DNA of 64,000 bases. It comes from an uncultured delta proteobacterium (lineage in GTDB: Bacteria > Desulfobacterota > Desulfobacteria > Desulfobacterales > Desulfatirhabdiaceae). The position numbers and the translations under genes were made by a program. Positions 28,442 through 40,232 of this stretch are shown here, piece by piece. The stretch covers positions 119,697-183,696 of the forward strand of contig CAWBKP010000021.1 in NCBI GenBank assembly GCA_963789395.1, in the 5' to 3' direction. Numbering within the stretch: the first letter of the stretch is position 1; every line of letters begins with the position of its first letter. The notes under the pieces are model-generated. The model saw only the letters and a list, made by a program, of their open reading frames with translations, did no database searches and had not been told where the DNA came from.

Positions 28442-29727
28442 TGACCATGCCGGCAGACGCAGCAGCCATACCACCGGCAGGTGGCAAAACGGCCATAACG
28501 GAGCGGATCATTCTGCATATCGACATGAACGCCTTTTTCGCCAATGTCGAGCAGCAGGCCAATCCGGCCCTGCGGGGAAAACCCATTGCCGTCATCGGCG
28601 CCGGCGGCAGAACCGTGATCACAACCGCCTCCTACGAAGCCAGAAAATACGGCGTCAAGACCGGCATGGCCGTCTGGGAGGCAAAACGCCAGTGTCCCCA
28701 TATCATCCTGGTGGTGGGGGACAACCGTAAATACACCTATACCTCATCCCGGATTTTCGGCATGATGCTGGACTACACGCCGCTGGTGGAGGTGTTCAGC
28801 ATCGACGAAGCCTTTCTCGATGTCACCCGTTCCCTGAAGATTTTCGGAACCCCGGAGCGTATCGTGTACCTGCTCAAGGCCCGGATCAGGCAGAGTTTCG
28901 GCCTGACCTGCTCTGTCGGCGTTGCGCCCAACAAGCTCCTTGCCAAGCTTGGCAGCGACATGAAAAAGCCGGACGGGCTCACGGTCATTCGCCCGGATGA
29001 CGTATCCCGGGTCATGGACTCCCTGCCCATCAAGGATCTGTGCGGTATCGGCTCGCGCACGGAACGGCGCCTGAATCTTCTGGGGATTAGAACCTGCGGG
29101 GACCTGGGGCGGTTTCCGGTGGACATCCTGAAAAGAAAGTTCGGGGTCATCGGCCAGCGGCTGCACGAGATGGGGCTGGGCAGGGATGACAGCCCGGTGG
29201 TTCCGGCAGGCGAGCAGGACAGGGTCAAGTCCGTGGGGCATTCCATGACCCTGCAGCGGGATATTTCCCGAAGGCAGGACATTCTCAAATATCTGCTCCA
29301 GCTCTCCGAAATGGTGGGCAGGCGGGCCAGGCGCTATGGCGTTTCCGGCAAAACCGTCAGCCTCTATGTCCGGTATGCCGATTTTTATTCCAGCTTCGGC
29401 AGACAGCAGACCCTGGCAGCTGCCATCAGCCAGAGCGATGACATCTACAAGGCGGCGGTCGATATCCTGAATACGGTCGAGCTTCAACAGCCGGTGCGGC
29501 TTCTCGGGGTCCGGCTTTCCAATCTGCGGCATCAGGCCGGCCAGCTTCCGCTTTTTCCGCAGGAACGCAGAAAGGCGCTCATGGTCCGGGCCATGGACGC
29601 CGTCAACAACCGCTACGGCGACTTCACCGTCACCTTTGCCAGCCTTCTGGACACCGAGGAAAAAGGCAGCCGTGTGATCTCGCCGGCATGGCGGCCGGAC
29701 GGGATACGCTGCGTCGATGTCCAGTGA
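28441..29727 (+). CDS. dinB: DNA polymerase IV (Y family)
   Basis: HIDMNAFFA, ASYEARKYGV, SIDEAFLD, KPDG, VRLLGV, QLPLF clamp-binding-like motif. Confidence 0.95.
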   Translation: MTMPADAAAIPPAGGKTAITERIILHIDMNAFFANVEQQANPALRGKPIAVIGAGGRTVITTASYEARKYGVKTGMAVWEAKRQCPHIILVVGDNRKYTYTSSRIFGMMLDYTPLVEVFSIDEAFLDVTRSLKIFGTPERIVYLLKARIRQSFGLTCSVGVAPNKLLAKLGSDMKKPDGLTVIRPDDVSRVMDSLPIKDLCGIGSRTERRLNLLGIRTCGDLGRFPVDILKRKFGVIGQRLHEMGLGRDDSPVVPAGEQDRVKSVGHSMTLQRDISRRQDILKYLLQLSEMVGRRARRYGVSGKTVSLYVRYADFYSSFGRQQTLAAAISQSDDIYKAAVDILNTVELQQPVRLLGVRLSNLRHQAGQLPLFPQERRKALMVRAMDAVNNRYGDFTVTFASLLDTEEKGSRVISPAWRPDGIRCVDVQ

Positions 29728-29774
29728 TGGATGCCCGCGAACCGGGTGAGGTGCCGGCGCTCAAAAACGGCAGC

Positions 29775-29978
29775 CTATTTGAATGCCGCCCCTTCTTTGA
29801 CCCCGAAGAATTTCAGGATGATCGCCAGCGGGCAGAATCCGGTAAAGGCGGATTGCAGCAGGTTGGCGCCCACAAAAGCCGTAAACCACAGCCAGTAATG
29901 GCTGTGAACCACGGACAGCAGCAGACTGATCAGGATAAAGCTTCCGGCAAAGGCCAGGACCATTCGATCAAGTGACAT
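29775..29978 (-). CDS. DUF2892 (YgaP-like) membrane protein
   Basis: [26 protein letters not shown]. Confidence 0.85.
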   Translation of the reverse strand: MSLDRMVLAFAGSFILISLLLSVVHSHYWLWFTAFVGANLLQSAFTGFCPLAIILKFFGVKEGAAFK

Positions 29979-30091
29979 GATGTTTCTCCTTTGATGGATA
30001 TGTTGAAATTCGAAATCATTTTTTCTATGATGATCCGGTATCTGAAAGAACGTTACGGGACATGCCGGAAATTTGAAACAGCAGGCTATTT

Positions 30092-30425
30092 TGATGAACT
30101 CACAAAAAGTCAAAAATCGGACGACTTCGTAAAAAGTTCGCAGGCAAGGTGCGCGCGCCGGAGCGTTTGGCGACAAATCCTGAGGATCGGCGTTCCGCCT
30201 GCCGTACTTGTTGTCCGCCGCAATGACGAAGGATGCAGCGCAACGCAGCATCCGGACTTTTTATCATGAAAATAGATTTTCCCCCCCTTTGGAAAAGGGG
30301 GGCCAGGGGGGATTTCGGATGAACTGTTTGAAAATCCCCCTCAATCCCCCTTTTCCAAAGGGGGAAGACCTTTTCATTGACGTGGGCGAAATCCTGATTT
30401 CATTAACGTTTACGGAGCCGTCAAT
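30092..30425. repeat. MITE-like repeat (copy 1) with nested C/G-run palindromic element (30264-30408)
   Basis: 32-nt core identical (inverted) to copy 2; inner CCCCCTTTGGAAAAGGGGG...CCCCCTTTTCCAAAGGGGG inverted repeat. Confidence 0.75.
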
Positions 30426-30535
30426 TTTTTTATTGATTGATTTTCCAAAAAGTGATGAACTCATCATCAGCAGAAGTTGAGACCACACCGAGTAGACAGT
30501 TCACGATCAAGACACCATTCAAAGGAGGGGTTCCC

Positions 30536-30928
30536 TTGCCGATCACACCTGTCCAAACCAGTCATGCGCCGGCTGCCATCGGGCCGTATTCCCAGGCCGT
30601 TGTTTCAGAACCGTTTGTTTTTGTCAGCGGCCAGCTCGGGCTGATTCCCGCTACCGGTGACCTGGCGGGCCCGGACATTACCGCCCAGGCCGCGCAGGCG
30701 CTCGAAAACCTGCGCCAGATCCTTCTGGCAGCGGGTTCCGACCTGAACCACGTCGTATCCGTTGATGTCTACCTGACCCACATGGGAAACTTTTCCACCT
30801 TTAACGGCATTTATCAGCAGGTTTTTTCCGGCCACCGACCGGCCCGGGCCGTTGTCGAAGTCAGCGCCCTTCCCAGGGGCGGCTGTGTCGAGATCAAGTG
30901 CATGGCTGTGCGCAGCCCGTCAAATTGA
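30536..30928 (+). CDS. ridA: RidA/YjgF family deaminase
   Basis: APAAIGPYSQA, FVSGQL, RPARAVVEV, VEI. Confidence 0.92.
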   Translation: MPITPVQTSHAPAAIGPYSQAVVSEPFVFVSGQLGLIPATGDLAGPDITAQAAQALENLRQILLAAGSDLNHVVSVDVYLTHMGNFSTFNGIYQQVFSGHRPARAVVEVSALPRGGCVEIKCMAVRSPSN

Positions 30929-31178
30929 TCTGTTTTTTGAATGCGGAGTATAACATGAGCATTTCTGAAACTGCCTGAACCCGTCAAGGGATGTCCGCAA
31001 CTGGTTCAAGGAACAGCACAAGATTCTTGAAAATCCGCGGAAACCCGGAGGCGCCTGCCGTCCGCCTTTGATATCCGCCCGTTCACGCCGGTGTCAAAGG
31101 CACTTTATTTTTCCTTTCCCGCTTTTATCGAATTGGAACCTTTCCGCTGCAATGTCCGTATTTAACTCGGATGTTTTT

Positions 31179-31330
31179 TGATGGCTTCGTAAAAAGCCCA
31201 ATCTCTGCGTTGCGCTGCATCCTTCGTCATTGCGGCATACGATAAGTACTCATCATTCCTCAGAATTTGCTCGCCTTGATCTTGAACTTTTTACTTTGCC
31301 ATCTCAATTTTGACTTTTTACGAGTTCATC
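31179..31330. repeat. MITE-like repeat (copy 2, inverted)
   Basis: Terminal IR GATGGCTTCGTAAAAAG...CTTTTTACGAGTTCATC; core shared with copy 1. Confidence 0.75.
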
Positions 31331-31356
31331 TTTTTTAATGCTTTCAAAAAAACTGC

Positions 31357-31384
31357 TAAAGTATTTCACATAAAAAGGCGATAT
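31357..31384 (+). promoter_or_regulatory. Possible sigma28 (FliA) promoter
   Basis: TAAAG...GGCGATAT (TAAA-N16) upstream of the Cache and MCP genes. Confidence 0.4.
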
Positions 31385-31635
31385 GCAGTATAAATGCAAT
31401 TCATTTATTGGTTCGTTATATAATATTTGTTTGATCGCAGAATGATTATTCCGGAAATTGACACATTGAAGCGGTACGGCCAAATTCTGTTTTATCGCAG
31501 CGTATCGAAAAGTGAGGAGGTGGGAATTGTTGAGAGCGTTCGTTGAGCTTTGACCGTTTCAGCGATCGGAAACTGTTTGGTCGCGGGTGAGACCATGGGG
31601 GATTATTAATTCATAGATAATGTACGGAGGATGTT

Positions 31636-32199
31636 ATGAAAAGAATCGGAATCGTTGTGCTGGTGGTTTTTTTTGCAATAATTGGCTTTCAAACCCTGCC
31701 TGTCCTGGCGGATAAAACACCGGATGAGCTGGCAAAAGAAACCGAGGAAGCTTGTGCGGCAACTGCTGCAACCAAACCCACGCCGCAAATGATCATGGAC
31801 AAGGTGAACCAGGCGTGCGCGCTTCTGCAGAAAGAGGGGAAAGCGGGTTTTTCAAAATTCAGCGGCAAAGACAGTGAATTCGTTTTTGCAGGCACCTATA
31901 TCTGGATACACGATATGGCGGGTGTGATGCGAATGCACCCCATCAAGTACAAGATGAACGGCCAATCCCTTGTCGATTTTAAAGATCCCAATGGTAAGCG
32001 GTTTTTTAATGAAATGAACAAAGTAGCCAAGGAAAAGGGAGCCGGATGGGTGGATTACATGTGGCCGAAACCCGGCGTAAAAGAACCCTCCCAGAAGGTT
32101 TCTTATGTGAAGTTGTGCAATGTTCAGGGAGAAGATCTGGTTATCGGGTGTGGTGTGTATGATCTGCCGGCAGCCGATGTGCAAAAACTGCTCAAATAA
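31636..32199 (+). CDS. Secreted stand-alone single Cache domain protein
   Basis: Signal peptide; [34 protein letters not shown]. Confidence 0.88.
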   Translation: MKRIGIVVLVVFFAIIGFQTLPVLADKTPDELAKETEEACAATAATKPTPQMIMDKVNQACALLQKEGKAGFSKFSGKDSEFVFAGTYIWIHDMAGVMRMHPIKYKMNGQSLVDFKDPNGKRFFNEMNKVAKEKGAGWVDYMWPKPGVKEPSQKVSYVKLCNVQGEDLVIGCGVYDLPAADVQKLLK

Positions 32200-32348
32200 T
32201 CTCAATGGATGCGGCCTGTCCTTGTGCATTGGTACCTGCGGCGGATATAAAACGATTATATGTTGTATTGCCGGAAAACAGGGGGGATGATTCAAAAGGA
32301 CAGGTCTGCATTTCTGTTTCCTGTAGCGCGAGAAAGGAAGTCGATGAA

Positions 32349-34232
32349 ATGATGAAAAATGCGGAAAAATTCAGCCTCAATAAAAAATTATATGGTTTTG
32401 TGGCAATTGCCTCATGTCTGGTGCTGGCTGTTGTGGGATTGGGCATTTTTTATTATTCACGTATTGAGGCGGCTAACCTGCTTAAGGATGATGTCAATAC
32501 GGTTGTTGAGAAAGTTCTGGCTACACGCGTGACGGAAAAAACCTATTTGCAGTTCTATACGGCCGAACTGAAAAAACAGTTTGACGAAATGACCCGGGAT
32601 GTAACTACCCATGTGAGTGCGTTGAAACAAAAAACAACCAATGCCGCCTTGACCGCGCACATCAACACCATCGGTACCGAATTCGACCGATATCAGAACC
32701 TGTTTAATGAACTTGTTGACGTTCATAGCCAGCAAAACAGTTTAAAGGCGGAAATGGTCAAGCCGCTCCAAACGTCCGAAACCCTTCTGCAGATCATCAT
32801 CACCGAGCTGGTAAAAAAGCAGGCTGTTTTGCGAATGGAGGGGGATGAACTCGGCGGCAGTGATCTGGGGATGCTCAATACCGTCAGAGACTGCAGAACC
32901 GCATTTATCCAGTTGCAGACCCTGCAGCTGCAATTTATGATGAGCGGCGATGAAAAGTTTATTGCAGAATACAAGAAGCTTGCTTCCGGAGAGGTTCAGG
33001 AACTGCTTGAGGCACTGGAACAAAACGCAGTGGCAACAAAGAATGAAAGTTCCATCAAGACCGCTGCCACGGTCCGGGAATCCCTGGATAAGTTCGTTGA
33101 ATTCATAGCACAATCTCAACAACTCTACGAGAAGGAAAGTCAACGGGTCAAATCCCTGAATGACGCCGGAAAACACATCATCGGAGCGGCAAATGCACTT
33201 CTGGAGCAGGCGGATCAATCCATAATCGGGCAGAAGCGATCGGCGGTAATGTTCATATCCGTCATGGTCCTTGCGGGTATCCTTTTCTTCTGGGCCCTGT
33301 CTTTTATTCTGGTGCGGTCCATCACCAAGCCCATTCACTCCGTGATTGAAGGGTTGACTGAAAGTTCGGAGCAGGTGGCTTCGGGTTCCGGCCAGATTGC
33401 TTCCGCCAGTCAGCAGCTGGCGGAAGGGGCATCCGAGCAGGCGGCGTCTGTCGAAGAGACGTCAGCCTCAATCGAAGAGCTGTCCGCAATGACAAAACAG
33501 AATGCGGACAATGCCGAGCAGGCCAGTAAGCTCATGACGGAATCCAGGCTCACCATTACAAAAACAAATCAATCCATGGAGCGGTTGACCGGTTCCATGG
33601 GAGAAATCTCCAGGGCCAGTGAAGAAACCCAGAAAATCGTCAAGACCATCGATGAAATCGCCTTTCAAACCAATCTGCTGGCGCTGAATGCCGCTGTTGA
33701 GGCAGCCCGTGCAGGTGAGGCGGGCGCCGGGTTTGCCGTTGTCGCCGATGAAGTGAGAAATCTTTCCAAGCGCGCTGCCGAAGCTGCGAAGAACACCTCC
33801 TCGTTGATTGATACCACCGTCAAGACGGTCAGGGAAGGGGCCGGTCTGGTTGAAAACACAAACAAGGAGTTCAATGACGTCTTGATCAGCGCAACGAAAG
33901 TAGAACAGTTGATTGGCGAGATAGCCGCGGCATCCCGTGAACAGGCCCTGGGCATTGAACAGGTGAACAATGCCGTATCAGAGATGGACAAAGTGATCCA
34001 GCAGAATGCCGCCAATGCCGAGGAGTCCGCTTCCGCTTCCGAGCAGATGAGGGGCCGGGCAGCAGAGATGAAGGAATTTGTTGAAGAATTGGCGGCATTG
34101 GTCGGCGGCGGGGGACAACGGAACGGCAACGAGCCGATTGAAATTGAAAGTGGACGGAATCTTGCCGAGACGGCATTGATGCCATATCATGCGTCCAGGG
34201 ATCTCATGCATCACCGGAGGAATCAGGGCTGA
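32349..34232 (+). CDS. Methyl-accepting chemotaxis protein
   Basis: Two TMs flanking a long helical periplasmic domain; [34 protein letters not shown]. Confidence 0.95.
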   Translation: MMKNAEKFSLNKKLYGFVAIASCLVLAVVGLGIFYYSRIEAANLLKDDVNTVVEKVLATRVTEKTYLQFYTAELKKQFDEMTRDVTTHVSALKQKTTNAALTAHINTIGTEFDRYQNLFNELVDVHSQQNSLKAEMVKPLQTSETLLQIIITELVKKQAVLRMEGDELGGSDLGMLNTVRDCRTAFIQLQTLQLQFMMSGDEKFIAEYKKLASGEVQELLEALEQNAVATKNESSIKTAATVRESLDKFVEFIAQSQQLYEKESQRVKSLNDAGKHIIGAANALLEQADQSIIGQKRSAVMFISVMVLAGILFFWALSFILVRSITKPIHSVIEGLTESSEQVASGSGQIASASQQLAEGASEQAASVEETSASIEELSAMTKQNADNAEQASKLMTESRLTITKTNQSMERLTGSMGEISRASEETQKIVKTIDEIAFQTNLLALNAAVEAARAGEAGAGFAVVADEVRNLSKRAAEAAKNTSSLIDTTVKTVREGAGLVENTNKEFNDVLISATKVEQLIGEIAAASREQALGIEQVNNAVSEMDKVIQQNAANAEESASASEQMRGRAAEMKEFVEELAALVGGGGQRNGNEPIEIESGRNLAETALMPYHASRDLMHHRRNQG

Positions 34233-34348
34233 AAATGATCCGACGGGTGTGAAAACCGCTGCAGTTTCCGGCGACCCCCTCCTCCGGCGAAGGGATTTGT
34301 ATCGCGGAGGAGATCGCCGCATCTGTCTGAAAGTAGCTGAAACAGGTG

Positions 34349-35539
34349 TTAGGTGGATAAAACAGCGATCAGGACTTCGATGTAAAAGCGCGCATGGCTG
34401 ATGGGAGCGGCCATGTTGGCCCGGTGATTGGCCAGAATTCCGCTGAAATCGCTGTCTGTGACCAAAAACCAGGGTTCAATTTCCGAAGCCCGTTTACAGG
34501 ATGCAATGGCATGATGAAGAATTTCCATGCCGTGACGGGTTTCCAGCGTGGGTTGAAAATCTTCCATGACAGCTTCCAGAATGGTTTCCAGAGCGCTCGC
34601 AACGCCTTTTGCATAATAAAAATAATCATCCACCCGGAACCAGCTGACAGGGTCGCCGTTTGATTCCTTGGTTTTTATCAGGTTCTCATCACAGCTTCCC
34701 AGCAGATTGTCATACGTGGCAAGAAGCGGCAGCAGGGTATCGGCACGCGAATAAAAAACCGCCGCACCATTTTCAAGATTGTTTTTATACGCCGCAATTT
34801 CAGCCAGTGCATCCTCATAGCGCGATTCGGGCGAGGGAAACCAGTAGCGTTCGGGTTTGGTCATCAGCCAGTCCATGGCGCGTTCCAGGTTCTTGTTCAG
34901 GGATTCCACGCTTCCGGTTCTGGAAAGACGTTCCGTCAAAATAACGGTGGTCCGTCGCGTCACTTCAAGAACGCCCAGTTGAAAATTGTTGATATTATCC
35001 GTGAAGTCTAAAATATCATTGGGCCGCCATCCCCAGAAACGATCGTTCAGTTCATGGGAAAGGGGCCTGATGGTGGCGGTAACAAAGGCAACGCCCGGGG
35101 TCTTTTTATCCACAGGCTTGGATGAATCCAGTCCATGAGGGATGATGGCGGGCGAGGAAACAGCAGGCATTTCCCCGCCATGTGACGGCGCGGACGGTTT
35201 TTGAGAACCAGGGCTGAGGGCATGAACGGATGTGCCAGGATCACCATGCAGCGGAGCACCCGGCCCAGGTTTCGATTCTTTTGCAAGGGAAGGGACTGGC
35301 GACTGCCCTGTGGAATCGGCATTCGGGGTTTCTCCGGCTGCCTGGGTGTGGGCGGTTTCGGAATTCCGGGGAGAAGGGATCTGGGCACTGGCAGACGGTT
35401 CCCGCGGCAGAACCGTAACAACGCGCGGTTCGGACTTGCTGAGAAGTCCCAGTACGGTTCCTGTAAGCCACAGGATTGCAACCGTCAACAGCAGGCCGGT
35501 AACGATCCGCTGCGTGGCAAATTTTTTAAATGCTTCCAT
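34349..35539 (-). CDS. DUF2333 family protein with low-complexity linker
   Basis: GWRPND, DNINNFQLGVL, FYSRAD, DDYFYYAKG, ANHRANMA. Confidence 0.8.
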   Translation of the reverse strand: MEAFKKFATQRIVTGLLLTVAILWLTGTVLGLLSKSEPRVVTVLPREPSASAQIPSPRNSETAHTQAAGETPNADSTGQSPVPSLAKESKPGPGAPLHGDPGTSVHALSPGSQKPSAPSHGGEMPAVSSPAIIPHGLDSSKPVDKKTPGVAFVTATIRPLSHELNDRFWGWRPNDILDFTDNINNFQLGVLEVTRRTTVILTERLSRTGSVESLNKNLERAMDWLMTKPERYWFPSPESRYEDALAEIAAYKNNLENGAAVFYSRADTLLPLLATYDNLLGSCDENLIKTKESNGDPVSWFRVDDYFYYAKGVASALETILEAVMEDFQPTLETRHGMEILHHAIASCKRASEIEPWFLVTDSDFSGILANHRANMAAPISHARFYIEVLIAVLST

Positions 35540-35550
35540 GATGTCTCCTT

Positions 35551-37461
35551 TTATCCATTCCTGAGTTTGCGAATATCTCCGACACGAATGGTCACATTCC
35601 GTGCATCAAAATATTCGATGATCGGTATCACAAATTTTCGGGATGCGCCAGTCATATCCTTGAACTGGGGCGTTGTGATTTCACCGTGGATGTTCAGGAA
35701 CGCGACAAGCTTTTTCTTGATCATCTGGATGGCTTCCTGGTGGAAATACAGATCGTCCTTTATTCTGACGATCAGCCCTTCGTCAACCAGAACATGCAGG
35801 ACTTCTTTTGACTTGGTTTCATCCAGGTGCTGGGTTTTACAGAATTCCTTGAAATAGGGAGGCGTGAGGCCATTTTCCTGGTAGGCATCCAGGATTTTCT
35901 TGCGGACGTCCGTCTGATCCTGGCCCAGGGAAACCGTATGGGTTGACAGGCGGATCACGTTTTCTTCCTGAACCACCTGTCCGGCTTTGACCATCTGTTG
36001 AATCATCAATGTAAAAAGCTTGGGACTGATCTGGGGCGGCAATCTGGATTTCAACTCTTCCTTGGACATGCCGGGCTTCAGGGGGTTGGCTTTATGGAAA
36101 GCGCTCAGCAGGCCGCCGGCCTCGGCAAACAAGTGTTCGAAACAGGTGCGGTGAATAAAAACACGTTGTTCCCTGTCTATCATGAGAAGCTCTTTGTCCG
36201 ACAGCAGCCGCTGAATGGACGCGTCCAGCTTTTTATCCGAAGTATTGGTCATGATGCGCAGATCGGAAAAGCTGATGCCCTGATAGCCGGCCTCTTGCGC
36301 GTGATAGGTGAGCACCTCTTCCGGGGAAAGATCGACCAGTTTCTGAATGCCTGAAAAAACTTCGGGCTTGAAGCGCTTATGCTTTTGCGGAATGGGATTG
36401 AGGATGCCGCCGCCGCCGATGGTCCGGATCGGCGAATAGCTCCGGATGACAAACCGGTCATCTTTCACCACCGCTACCGGGGCGTCGAGCCGAAGCTGGG
36501 CTGCCGTGGTGCTGCCCGGAGCAAGCTCTTCACTGTCCAGAAGGATCAGGTTTCCCAGTACTTCGCTGGTTCCGGTATGAAAGCGGATCCGCGTTCTGTT
36601 TTTTACGGGTTTTTTATTGCTTTTCAGATAATGCAGCCCGATATCCACCATAAAGCTTGAGGTGAGCGCATTGGGGCTGGACAGCACATCCCCGCGGTCG
36701 ATGGAGGCTTTTTCGAGTCCCTGGAAATTGATGGCGGTGCGCATTCCCGAAACCGCCTGCTCCACGCCGGCGTTGTGAACCTGAATGCCCCGGACTTTGG
36801 AGGTGACACCGGAGGGGTAAATCATGACCGGGTCCCCCACGCGAATCATTCCGGATATCAGCGTGCCGGTAATGACCGTCCCGAATCCCTTCATGGTAAA
36901 GACCCGGTCTACGGGAAGCCTGAACAGATTGGTTGACGAGCGTTCGGGAATTGCGGCGCTCAGGGTTTCAAGGGCCTGTATCAGTTCGGGGATGCCTTGT
37001 CCGGTCATGGAAGAAACCGGCAGGATGGGGGAGTCTTCCAGAAAAGAGCCTTCAGTAAAAGATCGGACATCTTCCGTGACCAGCTCCAGCCACTCTTCGT
37101 CCACCATGTCCATTTTGGTCAGAACCACCAGGCCGTGCTGGATATTAAGCAGCGTGCAGATTTCCATGTGCTCGCGGGTCTGGGGCATGATACCTTCATC
37201 TGCGGCAATCACCATGACAACCATATCGATGCCGGTGGCGCCGGCCACCATGGTTTTGACAAATTTTTCATGTCCGGGAACATCCACGATGCCAAGATGC
37301 TGACCATTGGGCAGATCCATGGCGGCAAATCCCAGTTCTATCGTAATTCCCCTGAGCTGTTCCTCTTTTAATCTATCGGTATTGATGCCGGTCAACGCCT
37401 TGATCAGGCTGGTTTTTCCATGATCAATATGTCCTGCTGTGCCAAGAATGATCTGTTTCAC
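35551..37461 (-). CDS. selB: Selenocysteine-specific elongation factor
   Basis: [27 protein letters not shown]-terminal winged helices [13 protein letters not shown]. Confidence 0.97.
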   Translation of the reverse strand: MKQIILGTAGHIDHGKTSLIKALTGINTDRLKEEQLRGITIELGFAAMDLPNGQHLGIVDVPGHEKFVKTMVAGATGIDMVVMVIAADEGIMPQTREHMEICTLLNIQHGLVVLTKMDMVDEEWLELVTEDVRSFTEGSFLEDSPILPVSSMTGQGIPELIQALETLSAAIPERSSTNLFRLPVDRVFTMKGFGTVITGTLISGMIRVGDPVMIYPSGVTSKVRGIQVHNAGVEQAVSGMRTAINFQGLEKASIDRGDVLSSPNALTSSFMVDIGLHYLKSNKKPVKNRTRIRFHTGTSEVLGNLILLDSEELAPGSTTAAQLRLDAPVAVVKDDRFVIRSYSPIRTIGGGGILNPIPQKHKRFKPEVFSGIQKLVDLSPEEVLTYHAQEAGYQGISFSDLRIMTNTSDKKLDASIQRLLSDKELLMIDREQRVFIHRTCFEHLFAEAGGLLSAFHKANPLKPGMSKEELKSRLPPQISPKLFTLMIQQMVKAGQVVQEENVIRLSTHTVSLGQDQTDVRKKILDAYQENGLTPPYFKEFCKTQHLDETKSKEVLHVLVDEGLIVRIKDDLYFHQEAIQMIKKKLVAFLNIHGEITTPQFKDMTGASRKFVIPIIEYFDARNVTIRVGDIRKLRNG

Positions 37462-37505
37462 TGTTGCCGGGCTCCTTCATCATGTTTTTTTGGGGAAATG
37501 CGCAG

Positions 37506-37673
37506 TTATTTCCTTGCCCTGAAATATTCAAACACATAGGCCATGCCGACCAGAAATCCCCAAAGCCCCGCGGTGTAAGTCATCCGGGCCTGGGGGTAGA
37601 AGATTCGGGTAAGTATGACCGCAAAGGCCGCTCCCAGAACAGCTCTTAAAATAAAAATATAAAAACGTGTCAC
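37506..37673 (-). CDS. Small two-TM hypothetical protein
   Basis: GTG start with RBS; two hydrophobic helices; co-oriented upstream of selB. Confidence 0.6.
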   Translation of the reverse strand: MTRFYIFILRAVLGAAFAVILTRIFYPQARMTYTAGLWGFLVGMAYVFEYFRARK

Positions 37674-37843
37674 AATTCGGCCTTTCCCTGTTGACGATTT
37701 CAGGTACATCCATCATTATAATCTATAGTAGAAGGCAAACCGGGTCAATAGATGATTGTGTGAAAGCTGTCCGGAGCCGGGCCGGCTTTCCAGTCGAATT
37801 GGTTTTCGTCATAGTGCCGCAACCGTATCAGGTATCTCTGCCA

Positions 37844-38278
37844 ATGATGACTTTCTTATCTCATTATGGTTACAGCTCTTTGTTTTTATTGAGCTTTATG
37901 GCTTCAACCGTCATTCCCGTCGGTTCAGAGTGGCTTCTGGTCTCCATGGTCATGAAAGGATTTGACCCGGTGCTGACCGTATCCACGGCAACTGCAGGCA
38001 ACACCCTGGGGGCATGCACCACCTATGGCATCGGGATTTGCGGCAGCACGTGGGTGATTCGGAAACTGTTCAGAATGGATGAAACATCGCAGCAACGCGC
38101 CGAAAAATTTTACGGCAAGTATGGGGTGTGGTCCTTGCTCCTTTCGTGGCTGCCCCTGGTCGGGGATCCGATCTGTTTTGCCGGCGGGGTGCTTCGCATC
38201 CATTTCGGCGTGTTTGTGGTGCTGGTCTTGGCCGGAAAATTGTTCCGATACGGCATCCTGGCGATCCTGGTGTTATGA
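37844..38278 (+). CDS. YqaA/DedA family membrane protein
   Basis: LFLLSFMASTVIPVGSE, GNTLG, SWLPLVGDP, GKLFRY. Confidence 0.9.
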   Translation: MMTFLSHYGYSSLFLLSFMASTVIPVGSEWLLVSMVMKGFDPVLTVSTATAGNTLGACTTYGIGICGSTWVIRKLFRMDETSQQRAEKFYGKYGVWSLLLSWLPLVGDPICFAGGVLRIHFGVFVVLVLAGKLFRYGILAILVL

Positions 38279-38364
38279 TGCCCATTGATTTATTGCCGTA
38301 AAAAGCATATGGAAAATGGTAATTTCAAGTTTGTGGTTTCATCCCTAACGCAGGAGGCCCGATC

Positions 38365-38763
38365 ATGGATATGATGATTTCCTTTCCCGGAAACAAAAAG
38401 GTGGATTCAACCTATAAGGGATTTACCGTCCATACGGACCAGCCGGTTTCAGAAGGCGGGGAGAATTCCGCTCCCGAGCCCTTTGATCTGTTCCTGGCTT
38501 CCATCGGAACGTGTGCGGGTATTTATGTGTCCTCTTTTTGCAGGGAACGCGGGATAGATACAGCCGATCTTCGGCTGATTCTGAGTTTCCACCCCAATGC
38601 AGCCACGGGAATGGTCGAACGGATTGATGTTCAGATCAAACTTCCCCCGGGTTTCCCCGAAAAATACAAGGCTGCGGTCATACGAAGCGCTGAAATGTGT
38701 TTTGTGAAAAAGCATCTGTCGGCGCCGCCGCAGTTTCATATGACTGCATCCATTGAAGGATGA
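38365..38763 (+). CDS. OsmC family protein
   Basis: TDQP..GG..APEPFDLFLASIGTC, CFVKKHL. Confidence 0.9.
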   Translation: MDMMISFPGNKKVDSTYKGFTVHTDQPVSEGGENSAPEPFDLFLASIGTCAGIYVSSFCRERGIDTADLRLILSFHPNAATGMVERIDVQIKLPPGFPEKYKAAVIRSAEMCFVKKHLSAPPQFHMTASIEG

Positions 38764-38845
38764 CGGGGGTGAGGTGTCCCTGGAGATCGGCCGGTACGGA
38801 ATTCCATCCAAAAGATGCAAGATGATGATTGAAATGAGATAGACC

Positions 38846-40167
38846 ATGAAACAGGTATTGATTGTTGACGATGAAAAATCTCTGCTTCTCAGCATCCGGG
38901 CAGGTTTTAAGGCATACAAGGATCGCTACAAGCTGTTTACGGCGGAAAATGGGAAAAAAGCCATAACCGTTCTGGAGTCAAATGCCATTGACCTGGTGGT
39001 CACGGATATTCGCATGCCGGAAATGGACGGATTCGAGCTTCTGGTTTATATGAATACCCGTTTTCCCGCCATTCCCGTTCTCGTCATGAGCGCCTATGGC
39101 ACCCGGGAAATCCAGGGGAAATTCGAATCCATAGGGATTATCGGCTTTCTGGACAAGCCGGTTGATTTCGACGATCTGGTGAAAAAAATTGATGAAGGGT
39201 TAAAGCTGACGTCCCAGGCAGGGACCATGACCGGTTTTTCAGTGGGGAGTTTTCTCCAGCTTATCGAAATGGAAGAAAAAACCTGTCTGCTTGAAGTGAG
39301 TGCCAGAGGAAAAAAAGGGCTTTTTTATTTTGATCACGGCCTGTTGTTTGATGCGGTCAGCGGCAGACTGATCGGAGAAGAAGCTGCCATAGAGATGATT
39401 ATGTGGAACCAGGTCGCGCTTTCATTCAAAAACCTGCCGGATAAAAAAATCATGCGGCGCATCAATTCCGAGCTGATGCCCATTATGATGGAAGCTTCGA
39501 GGCGGAAAGATGAAAAGCTTCAAGAAAACGAACTGGGGGGGATTGATGGATCTTTTGAGGAAGATCTCAATTTTCTGGAAGGTGAACTCGGTTCGTTAAA
39601 AGACGGCGAGGATCTATTCGGCGGGCCTCCTGAAAGCCAGAAGACTGTTGAGCCGGACTGGCTGACGCCGGAATGTCCGGGGCCGAACATTCTGCTGACA
39701 CCCGGAATATTCCGATGCGAACGTCTTGGCACCTCCGGAAAGTGATGATGGCCTTGAGTCGCTGCTGTCCGACACGGTTCCTGCCATCACCGTCAAACAA
39801 CCCGTGAAGCAGGTCGTGAGCTGTTAAAAAAAATGGCGGCGGAACTGCATGGCGCGATGATGATCAGCCTGATGGATCTTGATGGCATGATGATCGCTGA
39901 ACACAATCCCGCGCAAATTCCATCGGATGTTTTTGCCGCCAAGTTTGCGATGGTCATTGGAATCATCGAAAAGAACCCTCACGGAAATTGAGGGGGTCGG
40001 CGGGTTGAAAGAGGCAATTTTTCAGGCCAGTGATGCCTGGATCGTATGCCGCCTTGTGGCGCCTGCCTTTTACCTGGGGATTGTGGTCAACCAGGAGTCG
40101 ACGCTGGGTAATATCCGTCTGGTTTCAGGACAAATATATTGATAAGGTCCGCCAGTTGCTGCCATAA
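38846..40167 (+). CDS. Response regulator REC + DUF4388 (PATAN-like) + Roadblock/LC7-like domain (frameshifted; may be two genes)
   Basis: VDDE, TDIRMPEMDG, KP; SFLQLIEMEEKTC..G.LFDA; downstream frames give MDLDGMMIAEH..FYLGIVV..TLGNIRL..KVRQLLP*. Confidence 0.75.
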
Positions 40168-40232
40168 ACAGACTGTTGATGCGGGTACGTTTGTGGCGTT
40201 TTTTTCAATCATCCGGTGGATAGAAACAGATA

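Noticed and set aside
30930..31630. c-di-GMP riboswitch upstream of the chemotaxis genes
   Set aside because: No GEMM-type GGCAAAC/GAAA-tetraloop pattern found; region partly explained by a MITE.
34268..34320. Long hairpin between MCP and DUF2333 as an ncRNA
   Set aside because: Adequately explained as a terminator-like stem between convergent genes.
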